Positions 27,834 to 37,115 are shown, numbered from the stretch's first letter. The stretch is DNA of 64,000 nucleotides from Dehalococcoidia bacterium (GCA_965247055.1 CBDFGE010000003.1:72868-136867), one strand, 5' to 3'. Numbers and translations: made by a program. Notes: generated from the letters alone by a model not told the origin.

Positions 27834-29468
27834 GTGCCAAGCTCGGACAAGCGCCTAGAAGTCCTGGAAGACGAGCTGAAATTGCTGAAGGGGGAGGTGA
27901 AACGGACTCTGGTTGACCTGAGGGCCTTCGTTATGCGAGAGGACTCCCCTCTCAACGACCGCCTGACCATGGGCCCCGCTCCGGCGCCCGTTGCCCAGGA
28001 AAGGAACGCTGCGGCAGACCCCCGAATGGCGGTCATGGAAGAGGAGCTGAGGGTCCTCAGGCAGCAAAAGGCGGAACCTTCCGATCCAACCCCCTCCGCA
28101 CCACCTTCCAACCATGGTGACATTGCCATGGCGATGCTCCAGGACCAGCTGAAAGCTCAGTCCACATCGCCTACGGGCCAGAACGACAAGGCTATGGACA
28201 TCCTCCAGGAACAGCTGAAAGCCCAGATGTCAGAGAGGGCGAACTTCATTCCCAATGCCCAGACGCCTCCTCAGGGCGATCCCCCTCAGACGGCCCAGGT
28301 CGCCACCGAATCCAGGCCCGCCGTGCAGGAGACGTCAAGCCCTTCTTCCCAGAGCCATGAGAACACGGTGGAACAGGACCCACCTAAAGAGCAGCTACGC
28401 CGGCGTACCCAGCCGGACGCAGAGGAGCGCCGCCGGCCGGAAGACGACCAGCGTCCACCCAAAGAGGTCCGGACGCGCAGGCGGAAGAGCGACTATCCCC
28501 ATGACGGCTCTACCAACGGCCGGCCCCAGGAGTATGCCGAAGAGGCCTATCCCGACGAACCGCGGCGGGAGGGGGCCGAGACCGACTACTTTGACCCTTC
28601 TGAAAGGGGGCGCTACCAAGAGATGAGAGCTCAGAGTCCCTACGAGAGCAACGGCAACGGGCACCACCGGGACTACGCGTACATCGAAGAGGAGTATTAC
28701 CCCGACGCTCCGCCGGAGGATGTGGGACCACCGCGGGAGGCTGGGAAGGGTAGGGACACCCTCGACGTCAACATGATCAGCAACCTGGTGCGCTGGGCCA
28801 TTCAGGCGAAACGGCGGGTGGGTCACGATAGGCTCATGGATCTGCTGGAGCTGTACCTGTGCTCCGGCCACCATTCCAGGGAGCTGAAAGAGATCATAAG
28901 CTACATCTGCAACGTCGTGGAAGAGGAGCCGCTGGACTACGAGCCCGACCCCGCCCACGAGAGTGTGGACCTCATACACCAGCTGCACGGCATCCTGTTC
29001 AGTGCGGTGCTGGGCACTACCTCCGCCCAGGGCTCCTCGCTAACGGAGGCAGCGGACATGCGCATCGGCCAGGTAACGGGTGCCCTGTCCATAGGCTCCA
29101 CCTCAGCCATCGACTCAGGAAACGGCACCAACATTACGGTCACGGGAGATAACACGGGGGCTATGTCTTACGGCAATTTCTCGCAGGTGGACGTGCTGAC
29201 CAAATACACCGATACGACTGGTGACCAGGTCGCAAAGCGCCTGGCCTACGTCTGCAAGCAGCTCTGCGGCGACCCGGGAGACCCCGGGGACAACCAGTGG
29301 ACTATTACCGGCATCAACCCGGACTCTTACAATCCCAAGATGTGGGACCCCGACGAGACCTTGACCATCGTACTGCGGGTCGCGCCCAAAGTGAAGACCG
29401 GGACCTCGGGGACGGCCGCCGTGGGCGCTCCCGGCGGGGTCTCCGACTCGGCATATTTCAAGAACTGA
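27834..29468 (+). CDS. Archaellum accessory protein: coiled coil + charged low-complexity linker + ArlD/E-like segment + ArlF/G-like beta-rich C-terminus (apparent fusion)
   Basis: 544-aa ORF with a GTG start after GGGAGG. ...DVNMISNLVRWAIQAKRRVGHDRLMDLLELYLCSGHHSRELKEII... resembles the conserved FlaD/E domain as I recall it. The C-terminus ...GNGTNITVTGDNTGAMSYGNFSQVDVL...NPKMWDPDETLTIVLRV... resembles FlaF/FlaG soluble domains. The domain calls need HMM confirmation. Confidence 0.6.
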   Translation: MPSSDKRLEVLEDELKLLKGEVKRTLVDLRAFVMREDSPLNDRLTMGPAPAPVAQERNAAADPRMAVMEEELRVLRQQKAEPSDPTPSAPPSNHGDIAMAMLQDQLKAQSTSPTGQNDKAMDILQEQLKAQMSERANFIPNAQTPPQGDPPQTAQVATESRPAVQETSSPSSQSHENTVEQDPPKEQLRRRTQPDAEERRRPEDDQRPPKEVRTRRRKSDYPHDGSTNGRPQEYAEEAYPDEPRREGAETDYFDPSERGRYQEMRAQSPYESNGNGHHRDYAYIEEEYYPDAPPEDVGPPREAGKGRDTLDVNMISNLVRWAIQAKRRVGHDRLMDLLELYLCSGHHSRELKEIISYICNVVEEEPLDYEPDPAHESVDLIHQLHGILFSAVLGTTSAQGSSLTEAADMRIGQVTGALSIGSTSAIDSGNGTNITVTGDNTGAMSYGNFSQVDVLTKYTDTTGDQVAKRLAYVCKQLCGDPGDPGDNQWTITGINPDSYNPKMWDPDETLTIVLRVAPKVKTGTSGTAAVGAPGGVSDSAYFKN

Positions 29469-29578
29469 CGCTTGCCAATGACTGATCACTGTTTCGATAT
29501 CGGTGGGCCTCGGGCCCAGCGGTGGGCCGTTGGGGGGCCTCGTCACAGGTAACTCGATAAAGCGGAAGGGGGCATAGA

Positions 29579-30295
29579 ATGACCACCTCATTTCCACAGG
29601 CGGCGACCGTTATTTCCACGGGCAGCGGGGAGATAGACAAGAAGCTGGGCGGCGGCATACCGATAGGCTCGCTCTCTCTTATAGAAGGGCAGTCCGACGC
29701 GGGCAAGAGCGTCCTGTCCCAACACCTGGCCTTCGGCGCCCTCAACTCCGATGTGGGCGTCGCCTACTACTCCACCGAGAACACCGTCAAGAGTCTTCTC
29801 ACCCAGATGGCTTCCCTCAGTCTGGAGGTAACCGACCACTTCCTGGTAGACCGGCTGCGCATCTATCCCTTGCAGATTTCCAGCAAGGAGGCCGACGCGA
29901 AGGCCCTGTTCAACCTGCTGGCAACCCACATAGAGCGCCTTCCCGAGACCTTCAAGGTCATCATAGTGGACTCGGTGACCAACATCGTTACCCACAGCCA
30001 GGCGGACACCATCATAGACTTCTTTCTCGCCTGCAAGGAGGCCTGCGACGATGGCAGGACCGTGTTTATGGTAGTCCACTCCTACGCCTTCGACGAGGGT
30101 ATGCTGATCCGGGTCCGCTCCCTGTGCGACGCCCACGTGAGGCTGAGGCTGGAGGAAGTGGGAGAGCGACTGGTCAAGATCATGGAGGTGAGCAAGGTAC
30201 GCAACGCCGAGCGAAGCACCGGTAACATCATCAGCTTCGACGTCGAGCCCGGGATGGGCATGAAGATTATCCCGATAATCAAGGCGAAAGCGTAG
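29579..30295 (+). CDS. arlH: ArlH/FlaH, KaiC/RecA-like ATP-binding archaellum protein
   Basis: 238-aa ORF: ...ISTGSGEIDKKLGGGIPIGSLSLIEGQSDAGKSVLSQHL... (Walker A) and ...FKVIIVDSVTN... (Walker B-like). Size and position before the ArlI ATPase fit ArlH. Confidence 0.85.
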   Translation: MTTSFPQAATVISTGSGEIDKKLGGGIPIGSLSLIEGQSDAGKSVLSQHLAFGALNSDVGVAYYSTENTVKSLLTQMASLSLEVTDHFLVDRLRIYPLQISSKEADAKALFNLLATHIERLPETFKVIIVDSVTNIVTHSQADTIIDFFLACKEACDDGRTVFMVVHSYAFDEGMLIRVRSLCDAHVRLRLEEVGERLVKIMEVSKVRNAERSTGNIISFDVEPGMGMKIIPIIKAKA

Positions 30296-32038
30296 GTGGT
30301 AGCTCAGACCGTACCCTTCAAGACAGAACAGGCGGACCACAACCACAACGGCACCGACTCCAAGTGTCCCGTGTTCCGCATGCTTCCCAAGAAGCTGCGG
30401 CCCGAGGCCAAGGAGAAGCCGCACCTGTGGGAGTACCTCCACGGCTTGCCGCTGGAGAAGATAGGCGTACCCAAGTACCACGAGACACTGGACCGGTCCA
30501 TGGGAGACTGGAAGAGCCCGAACCTCATATATCCGGTGGGCAATGGGATGTTTATTCATATCTTGCCTGACCCCAGGGATGCCAGGAACTTCTATATCGC
30601 CATCGAGCCGGGCATGGGCCAGGACCTATCCTCCCAGTTGGACGAGGTGGAGACCAGGCTGGTGGACTACGTGGGCGACCTGGAGAGCTCCGAAGAGGAC
30701 GGGGCCAAGCGCACCCAGCTGCTGCTAACGAGCCTGGACAAGGTGTGCACCGTCCGCAAGAGCGCGGGGAAGGCTCCCAAAAAACGCAAGAAGGGAGGAG
30801 CTAAGGACTCCGACGGCAAGGGCAAGGTGGTCCTTAGCCCCCAAGAGATGACGACTCTTCGTTACCTGATGGTCAGGGACAAAGAGGGGATGGGGCCCCT
30901 TGACCCGCTAATCCACGACATATACATCGAGGATATCAGCTGTAGCGGCCTTGGGGAGATGTTCGTTGAGCACAAGATCTTCAAGGGCCTCAAGGCCAGC
31001 GTCACCTTCCGCACCCATGAGGAGCTGGATACCTTCGTCATACGGCTGTCGGAGAAGATAGGGAAGCCGGTGACCTTCCGCGATCCCATCGTCGATGCCA
31101 CCCTTCCCGACGGCTCCCGTATAAACATCGTCTTCGGAGGCGACCTGTCCAAACGGGGCAGCAACTTCACCATTCGTAAGTTCGCCTCCACCCCCATGAG
31201 CATCCTTCAGCTCGTCGGGTTCAAGACCCTCTCCTACGAGATGGCGGCCTATCTCTCCCTGGCGCTGGTACACGGAATGAACATGTTCGTCTCCGGCGAA
31301 ACTGCGTCGGGCAAGACCACCCTGATGAACGCGCTTACCACCTTCATTGTCCCGACGGGCAAGATCGTAAGCAGAGAGGACACCGCCGAGCTGCAGGTGC
31401 CCCATCGCAACTGGATCCGAGAGATAGTACGGGGCAGCAGCAAGTCCACCTCCGACTCGGCGGTCACCATGTTCGATCTCCTCAAGGCGGCCCTGAGGCA
31501 GCGGCCCAACGAGATCATAATAGGCGAAATTCGGGGCGAAGAAGGGGCCATCGCCTTCCAGGCCATGCAGACGGGCCACGCCGCCATGGCTACTTTCCAC
31601 GCCGCGTCGGTGGAGAAGCTAATCCAGAGGCTCACGGGCAATCCGATCAACATCCCCAAGACCTACGTGGACAACCTCAACCTGGTATGTATACAGAGCA
31701 TGGTCCGGCTCCCCGACGGTAGAGAGGGGAGGCGGGTAATGAGCATCAACGAGATCGTGGGCTACGACTCCTCCAGCGACTCCTTCTCCTTCATCGAGGT
31801 GTTCAGGTGGAACCCCGTCGACGATTCCTTTGAGTTCAGCGGCTACATGAACAGCTACCTCCTGGAGGAACGGATCGCCATGATGATGGGCATCCCCCCG
31901 ACGAAGAAAAGGACCATCTACAACGAGCTGACCCGAAGGGCGAACATTCTGAAAAAACTTCACGAGCAGAAGGTTGAAGATTTCTATGAGCTCCACCAAG
32001 TCCTCGCCCAAGCATACGCAGAGGGTGTCTTCCGATAG
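30296..32038 (+). CDS. arlI: ArlI/FlaI, archaellum motor/assembly ATPase (type II/IV secretion ATPase superfamily)
   Basis: 580-aa ORF with Walker A SGETASGKTT, then ...RQRPNEIIIGEIRGEEGAIAFQAMQTGHAAMATFHA... (Asp/His boxes). The N-terminal domain ...NLIYPVGNGMFIHILPDPRDARNFYIAIEPGM... is typical of FlaI. The GTG start directly follows the arlH stop, and the ATG at 30380 is an alternative start. Confidence 0.9.
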   Translation: MVAQTVPFKTEQADHNHNGTDSKCPVFRMLPKKLRPEAKEKPHLWEYLHGLPLEKIGVPKYHETLDRSMGDWKSPNLIYPVGNGMFIHILPDPRDARNFYIAIEPGMGQDLSSQLDEVETRLVDYVGDLESSEEDGAKRTQLLLTSLDKVCTVRKSAGKAPKKRKKGGAKDSDGKGKVVLSPQEMTTLRYLMVRDKEGMGPLDPLIHDIYIEDISCSGLGEMFVEHKIFKGLKASVTFRTHEELDTFVIRLSEKIGKPVTFRDPIVDATLPDGSRINIVFGGDLSKRGSNFTIRKFASTPMSILQLVGFKTLSYEMAAYLSLALVHGMNMFVSGETASGKTTLMNALTTFIVPTGKIVSREDTAELQVPHRNWIREIVRGSSKSTSDSAVTMFDLLKAALRQRPNEIIIGEIRGEEGAIAFQAMQTGHAAMATFHAASVEKLIQRLTGNPINIPKTYVDNLNLVCIQSMVRLPDGREGRRVMSINEIVGYDSSSDSFSFIEVFRWNPVDDSFEFSGYMNSYLLEERIAMMMGIPPTKKRTIYNELTRRANILKKLHEQKVEDFYELHQVLAQAYAEGVFR

Positions 32039-33473
32039 CGCCGTACTGAGCTTCGACCTATTCTCGAATCTCACGTACATGTCGGCACTCTCTACCGGGG
32101 AAGTGCCGCGGGATGTTATCTTCCAGCACGCAATAGCACAGCCCTACAAGACGGCCAGCTACTTCGAACAGGTATACTTGCTGACCAAGCGGCTGGGGTT
32201 CGAGTACAGCCGCAGCTTCCAGCTTGTCTCCAGGAAGGCGGGAGCCGCGACTGTAAAAAGCCTGCTGCTCCGATTCGCCGGCTCCATATCCTCCGGCGAA
32301 TCGGAGCACGAGTTCCTGGCCCAGGAAGCAAGGGTGGAGCGAGAGCAGTATATTAACGAGTACCAGAGGAGCCTGGAGACCCTACAGAAGTGGGGGGACG
32401 CCTATGCGGCCCTGATGGTGTCCACCTCCCTGATCGTGGTGGTGTCCATGATCTCCACCATGCTGTACGACATCGGCAATACTTTCGTCTTCATGCTCAC
32501 TGGGACCATGTTCTTCATGTCCTTTTTTGGCGCCTGGATCATAAAAAAGACGGCGCCCTACGAGGTGACGACCTACAAGAACCGCAAAGGACCCAAAGAA
32601 CGCCGGAGGGCCGTGCAGCTCATGCTCGTGCTGGGTCCCCCGGGGCTACTAATGGGCCTGTACCTGGCCGTCGCCGGGAACCTGGGACTGGGCTTCCTTG
32701 CACTCGGCATCAGCATTCTGTCGGCGGGTCTCTACGCCTACATGGACGATCTCAAGGTATCCAGTGTGGACCAGGAGCTGGCCAAGTTCCTTCGCTCTCT
32801 GGGAAGCGTGACCGAGTCCCTGGGAACAACCCTCACCAAGGCCATGACCAAAATAGACCGGCGCTCCCTGGGCAACCTTGAGCCATACATCCAGAGACTG
32901 CAATCTCGTCTGGCCAGCCAGCTTAGCCCCAAACTCTGCTGGGACAGGTTTATGGACGAGACGGGCAGTGAGCTGGTGCACCGCTCCACGAGAATGTTCG
33001 TGGACGGGGCCGCCCTGGGGGGGAGCCCAGAACGGGTGGGACGCATCGCCTCGGACTACGCTATGAGCATCGCGTTGCTCCGTGCCAAGCGTCACGTAAC
33101 GGCCTTGCCCTTTGCCTACCTGTGCGTACCCCTTCACGGGGCCATGAGCGCCCTCCTGATATTCGTGCTCGAGATCATGACATCATTTAGCACCAGGCTG
33201 GGGGACGCCAACGATGAGCTGGCAACCCAGGGAGCCGGCCTAGCTGCGCAGATACCCGACCTCCCCATGTTCCAGTCCAGGGACATGCAACAAACGGCCA
33301 TGCTCACCCTTGGCGCCGTTATGGTCCTTACGCTAACAAACGCCATGGCCGCCAAGTTCGCCACCGGGGGGCACGCCCTGAAATTGCTGTTTTACGGCAG
33401 CATCATGTTGACCGTCTCGGGGATCAACCTTACCCTGATCCCGCCGGTCGCCCAGGGGCTGCTGACCAGATGA
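31986..33473 (+). CDS. arlJ: ArlJ/FlaJ, polytopic archaellum platform protein (T2SS-F-like)
   Basis: ...FDLFSNLTYMSALSTGEVPRDVIFQHAI... followed by multiple TM helices and a duplicated T2SSF-like architecture. The start was chosen at ATG 31986 (the track uses TTG 31974). It overlaps the arlI 3' end by ~53 nt. Confidence 0.85.
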   Translation: MSSTKSSPKHTQRVSSDSAVLSFDLFSNLTYMSALSTGEVPRDVIFQHAIAQPYKTASYFEQVYLLTKRLGFEYSRSFQLVSRKAGAATVKSLLLRFAGSISSGESEHEFLAQEARVEREQYINEYQRSLETLQKWGDAYAALMVSTSLIVVVSMISTMLYDIGNTFVFMLTGTMFFMSFFGAWIIKKTAPYEVTTYKNRKGPKERRRAVQLMLVLGPPGLLMGLYLAVAGNLGLGFLALGISILSAGLYAYMDDLKVSSVDQELAKFLRSLGSVTESLGTTLTKAMTKIDRRSLGNLEPYIQRLQSRLASQLSPKLCWDRFMDETGSELVHRSTRMFVDGAALGGSPERVGRIASDYAMSIALLRAKRHVTALPFAYLCVPLHGAMSALLIFVLEIMTSFSTRLGDANDELATQGAGLAAQIPDLPMFQSRDMQQTAMLTLGAVMVLTLTNAMAAKFATGGHALKLLFYGSIMLTVSGINLTLIPPVAQGLLTR

Positions 33474-33545
33474 CCCACACGTTGACAGGAGGAAAACTCG
33501 TCCCGCCCGGCACCGAAAGACTATCATGATGAGGAGGTAACCTGA

Positions 33546-34001
33546 ATGGCGTTTCTAAGTAAGTTGAAGAAGCAGAAGGACCCGCTGGAAGGCTTGATCG
33601 ACGACGAAGACTCCATGGAATGGGACTCGCCCTCGGATTCCGAACCGGAGCCCGAGGCGCCCAGCGCAAAGGCCGGTTTCAAAGTAGCAAGCATCAAGCT
33701 GAAACAGCCTGCCGATGATGAAGAGGAAGAAGAAGAAGAGGAGGATGGGGAAGATAGATCCCCAGGGGACGAAGAGGAACCTGACGACGAGGACACCCAG
33801 ACCGGCTCCTCGGAAGAACGGCTGGAGGGCACGAAGGGAGACGAGGCCACCTCCATCGGTAACTCTCTACTGAACATCTTCGAAGAGGAGGAGGTGGTGG
33901 ACCAGCGCCTCGAAAGCCTCAACTCCTGGGTGGAGGACGTGGATGCGGAGGAGTTGGTGGGGGAGCTGAACGCCCTCATGGAAGAGCTGGAGAGGATCTA
34001 G
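33546..34001 (+). CDS. Highly acidic hypothetical protein, last gene of the arl cluster
   Basis: 151-aa ORF on the same strand, 72 nt after arlJ. It has a long Asp/Glu run (...DDEEEEEEEEDGEDRSPGDEEEPDDED...) and a helical C-terminus ...LLNIFEEEEVVDQRLESLNSWVEDVDAEELVGELNALMEELERI. Confidence 0.6.
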   Translation: MAFLSKLKKQKDPLEGLIDDEDSMEWDSPSDSEPEPEAPSAKAGFKVASIKLKQPADDEEEEEEEEDGEDRSPGDEEEPDDEDTQTGSSEERLEGTKGDEATSIGNSLLNIFEEEEVVDQRLESLNSWVEDVDAEELVGELNALMEELERI

Positions 34002-34073
34002 GGCTCACACCCCGCCTCTTTCGACGCACAAAGCAGCGCACGGCTAGCCTGAATTATGAGCAGGATTCGGACT

Positions 34074-34097
34074 GGTGTGGTCGCCTCCACACCTTTC
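34074..34097 (+). terminator. Weak candidate terminator after the arl cluster
   Basis: GGTGTGG-TCGCCT-CCACACC followed by TTTC. The stem is short. Confidence 0.3.
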
Positions 34098-34271
34098 AGC
34101 ACATGCGTCCCAGGCAGCGTTTGTCAGCCGACAGCCCGTCTGATACACTGGTCCCTGCTGTAAGCGTCCTGTTTCCCCGCGCCCGGCCCCCACGCGAGGG
34201 CGCACCCGATCCCCCGCTACCCACGTAACCATGCTCCCACGGAGCGTCTGGGATCAGAAGGAGGGTGGACC

Positions 34272-35843
34272 TTGCTGGACCTGCTGATAGCGGGCGGCCT
34301 CATCGTGGACGGCACCGGGAGTCCGGGCTTCTACGGGGCCGTGGGGATAGATGGAGACACGACGCGGATAATCCGGGGCGACACCTCCCTGGTGGAGACG
34401 GCCCGGGCAATAGACGCCACTGGTAAAGTAGTGTGCCCCGGCTTCGTGGACCTACACGCCCACTCGGGGCTGGTCATACTGGCTGAACCCCGCCACGAGC
34501 CCAAGGTGCGCCAGGGAGTCACCACGGAGCTCATAGGCGTCGACGGCAACTCCTACGCGCCCTTCCCCTCCCACGAAGACTTCCTCCGCTTCGTGGAGGT
34601 CAACTCGGGGCTGGACGGCTCCCCTACCCTCCCTGGCCAGTGGTCCACGGTGGCGGAGTACCTGTCCATGTTCGACGGCCGGGTGGCTGTTAACATAGCA
34701 TATGTCATCGGCAACTCCCCCCTGCGTATCTCCGCCGTGGGCTGGGACGACAGGCCCGTCTCGGGCCCCGAGATGGAGAACATGAAGGCGATACTACGAG
34801 AGGGAATGGAGGAGGGGGCCTACGGCATATCGACGGGACTGGACTACCCGCCGGGCAGCTACGCCGACACGGCGGAGCTGGTGGAGCTGAGCCGCGAGGC
34901 CCAGCTCCTGGGCGGCATCTACCATACCCACGTTCGCTATGGTTTGGGCGACCGGCTGCTGGACCCGTTCAGGGAGGCCATCGACATCGGGAAGCGGAGC
35001 GGCATTCCCTGCCACCTCACCCACCTCTACCAGCGGACTCCCAACCCCCGGCGGGCGCTGCTGGACCTGGTGGAGGAGGCCCGGGGCGAGGGGCTGGATG
35101 TGACCTTCGACTGCTACCCGTATATCTACAGCAGCACCCGGCTCCTCATAAACTTCCCCCAGTGGGCCCACGACGGCGGGCCTGAAAGGTTGAAGGAGGT
35201 GCTGCGCTCCCCTGAAGGCAGAGAGCGCCTCAGGCGGGACGTCGCCCCCCGGGGCATCTCCTGGGACCAGATGTGGCTCACCTACTTCAAGCGGCCCCAC
35301 AATCGCCAGTACGAGGGCCGCTCCATCGCCGAGGTCGCCCAGGCCATGGGCAAAGGCGAGCTGGACGCCATGTGCGACCTGCTGCTGGAGGAGGACCTGC
35401 AGACGTCCTACGTGGCGGCTCGGGCCGACGGGGACACCCTTCCCGAGTACGTCGCCCACCCGCTGTCCATGGTGGGCACCGACGGGCTGCTGATCGGCGA
35501 CTACCCTAGCCCCCGTACATACGGCTCCTTCCCGCTGATCCTCTCCCTGATCGTCCGCGAGGGCCGCTTCATGTCCCTCGCGGACGCCATCCGCAAGATG
35601 ACCTCCTTCCCGGCCCAGCGGCTGGGAATACCGGACCGGGGCATCCTGAGGGACGGCATGAGGGCGGACATCGTGGTTTTCGACTCCCGTACCATCGGCA
35701 CTCCGGCCACCCGGGAGGACCCCAGGCAGTTCCCCACGGGCGTGGAGTACGTAGTCGTAAACGGGCAGGTAGTCATCGACCAGGGCCGGCACACCGGTGC
35801 GCTGCCGGGCCGGGCCCTCCGCCGTGGACGGGGCTCCACGTAA
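34272..35843 (+). CDS. D-aminoacylase (N-acyl-D-amino-acid deacylase), intact paralogue
   Basis: 523-aa ORF with a TTG start. ...CPGFVDLHAHSG... and ...MVGTDGLLIGDYPSPRTYGSFPLILS...IRKMTSFPAQRLGIPDRG... are collinear with the disrupted copy at 17883-19498. Confidence 0.9.
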   Translation: MLDLLIAGGLIVDGTGSPGFYGAVGIDGDTTRIIRGDTSLVETARAIDATGKVVCPGFVDLHAHSGLVILAEPRHEPKVRQGVTTELIGVDGNSYAPFPSHEDFLRFVEVNSGLDGSPTLPGQWSTVAEYLSMFDGRVAVNIAYVIGNSPLRISAVGWDDRPVSGPEMENMKAILREGMEEGAYGISTGLDYPPGSYADTAELVELSREAQLLGGIYHTHVRYGLGDRLLDPFREAIDIGKRSGIPCHLTHLYQRTPNPRRALLDLVEEARGEGLDVTFDCYPYIYSSTRLLINFPQWAHDGGPERLKEVLRSPEGRERLRRDVAPRGISWDQMWLTYFKRPHNRQYEGRSIAEVAQAMGKGELDAMCDLLLEEDLQTSYVAARADGDTLPEYVAHPLSMVGTDGLLIGDYPSPRTYGSFPLILSLIVREGRFMSLADAIRKMTSFPAQRLGIPDRGILRDGMRADIVVFDSRTIGTPATREDPRQFPTGVEYVVVNGQVVIDQGRHTGALPGRALRRGRGST

Positions 35844-35888
35844 TGCCGCGCGCATGTGGCGCGGAACACATACTCGTGGCAGGATACG

Positions 35889-37115
35889 ATGAAAGGGATA
35901 TGGCTGCTGGCGGCCCTGGCGTTGGTATCCGCCGTGGCTCTTTCCACGGCGACAGGGGACGGGAGCGGGGCCGCCGGTACCCTCGAACACCTCGCCTCGA
36001 ACGCCACCAAGGGCGAGACTGCGGGCCAACCGCCGGTCCTCATCGGCACCGCTCCAGCGGACGGCGGGACGGCGGTCCAGTACGACCCCTTCATTATCGA
36101 GATAGAATGGGCGTCCCAGGTCACCCTCACCAAGGCCGTGCTGGATGACGAGGACGTGCTGTCCCTCGCCGCCTCCAGGGACGGGGTCATCTGGACCATC
36201 GCCGTGCCGGGCATCGGCGTGGGCAGCCATACCCCGGCCCTCAACGCCACCGACGCCTCGGGGGGAACCCTGGCCACCGACGCGACCATCACCTTCGCCG
36301 TGGTGGAGCCGCCCCGATGGGATCTGTTCCTCGTGCCGGGCTGGAGCCTGGTGTCCGTGCCTCGAGACCCTGCCGATACGGACGTCAACGCGGTCCTCGG
36401 CGCGGCGGAGTCCGTCGACCGGGTGGTCGCCCATGACCATGGTCTCGCGGCCCGGGTCCTGCGAGCGGACCTCGACCTGAGCGGCTGCGTCGACCAGGGC
36501 GACCTGGACTTGCTGGCCCGTGCCATGGGGACGGCGGCATCCGCGGCGGGCGAGGGGCCTGACCTGGACGAAGATGGTTGGGTGGACGTCCGGGATCTGT
36601 CCCTGGCGGGGCTGCTTTTCGGGAGGGGGGTAGGTCCGCCCCCCGGGGCCATAGTGCTCGGCGATACCGCAGAGTTCTGCGACGCCGACCAATCCGCGTG
36701 GCTCATGGCCACCAGAGACCCGGAAACCGGCCTCCTCACCGGCAGCCTCAAGTCCATCGACGCCAGGCACGCGTACTGGATCAGGTCCAGCACTACGTGG
36801 GGTCTGCATCTACAGATACCCCCTCTGGACCCGTTACAGATACCGCCCACGATACCCGTCATAGGGGGCGAGTGGAACTACGTGCCGGTGATCAGCCTCC
36901 TGTCCCTGGAGCAGATACCGGCGGGCACGGAGCTGGACGCGGACGGCTACCTGGGCACCGACTGGAGCAGGGCCTTCACCTTCGACCGCGGCCAGTGGGT
37001 GAGTATAGCTCCGGGGCAGACTCCCGACGGCGATCCCATCACGCCGGGCGACGCCGTACAGATAGGGAAGGGCTACGTGGTCCTTTTCACGACCGACCAC
37101 GTAATAACGCCGTAG
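35889..37115 (+). CDS. Secreted protein with dockerin/EF-hand-like Asp-rich repeat
   Basis: The signal peptide is MKGIWLLAALALVSAVALSTATG. ...DLSGCVDQGDLDLLARAMG...DLDEDGWVDVRDLSLAGLLFG... resembles a dockerin-type Ca-binding pair. Confidence 0.55.
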   Translation: MKGIWLLAALALVSAVALSTATGDGSGAAGTLEHLASNATKGETAGQPPVLIGTAPADGGTAVQYDPFIIEIEWASQVTLTKAVLDDEDVLSLAASRDGVIWTIAVPGIGVGSHTPALNATDASGGTLATDATITFAVVEPPRWDLFLVPGWSLVSVPRDPADTDVNAVLGAAESVDRVVAHDHGLAARVLRADLDLSGCVDQGDLDLLARAMGTAASAAGEGPDLDEDGWVDVRDLSLAGLLFGRGVGPPPGAIVLGDTAEFCDADQSAWLMATRDPETGLLTGSLKSIDARHAYWIRSSTTWGLHLQIPPLDPLQIPPTIPVIGGEWNYVPVISLLSLEQIPAGTELDADGYLGTDWSRAFTFDRGQWVSIAPGQTPDGDPITPGDAVQIGKGYVVLFTTDHVITP

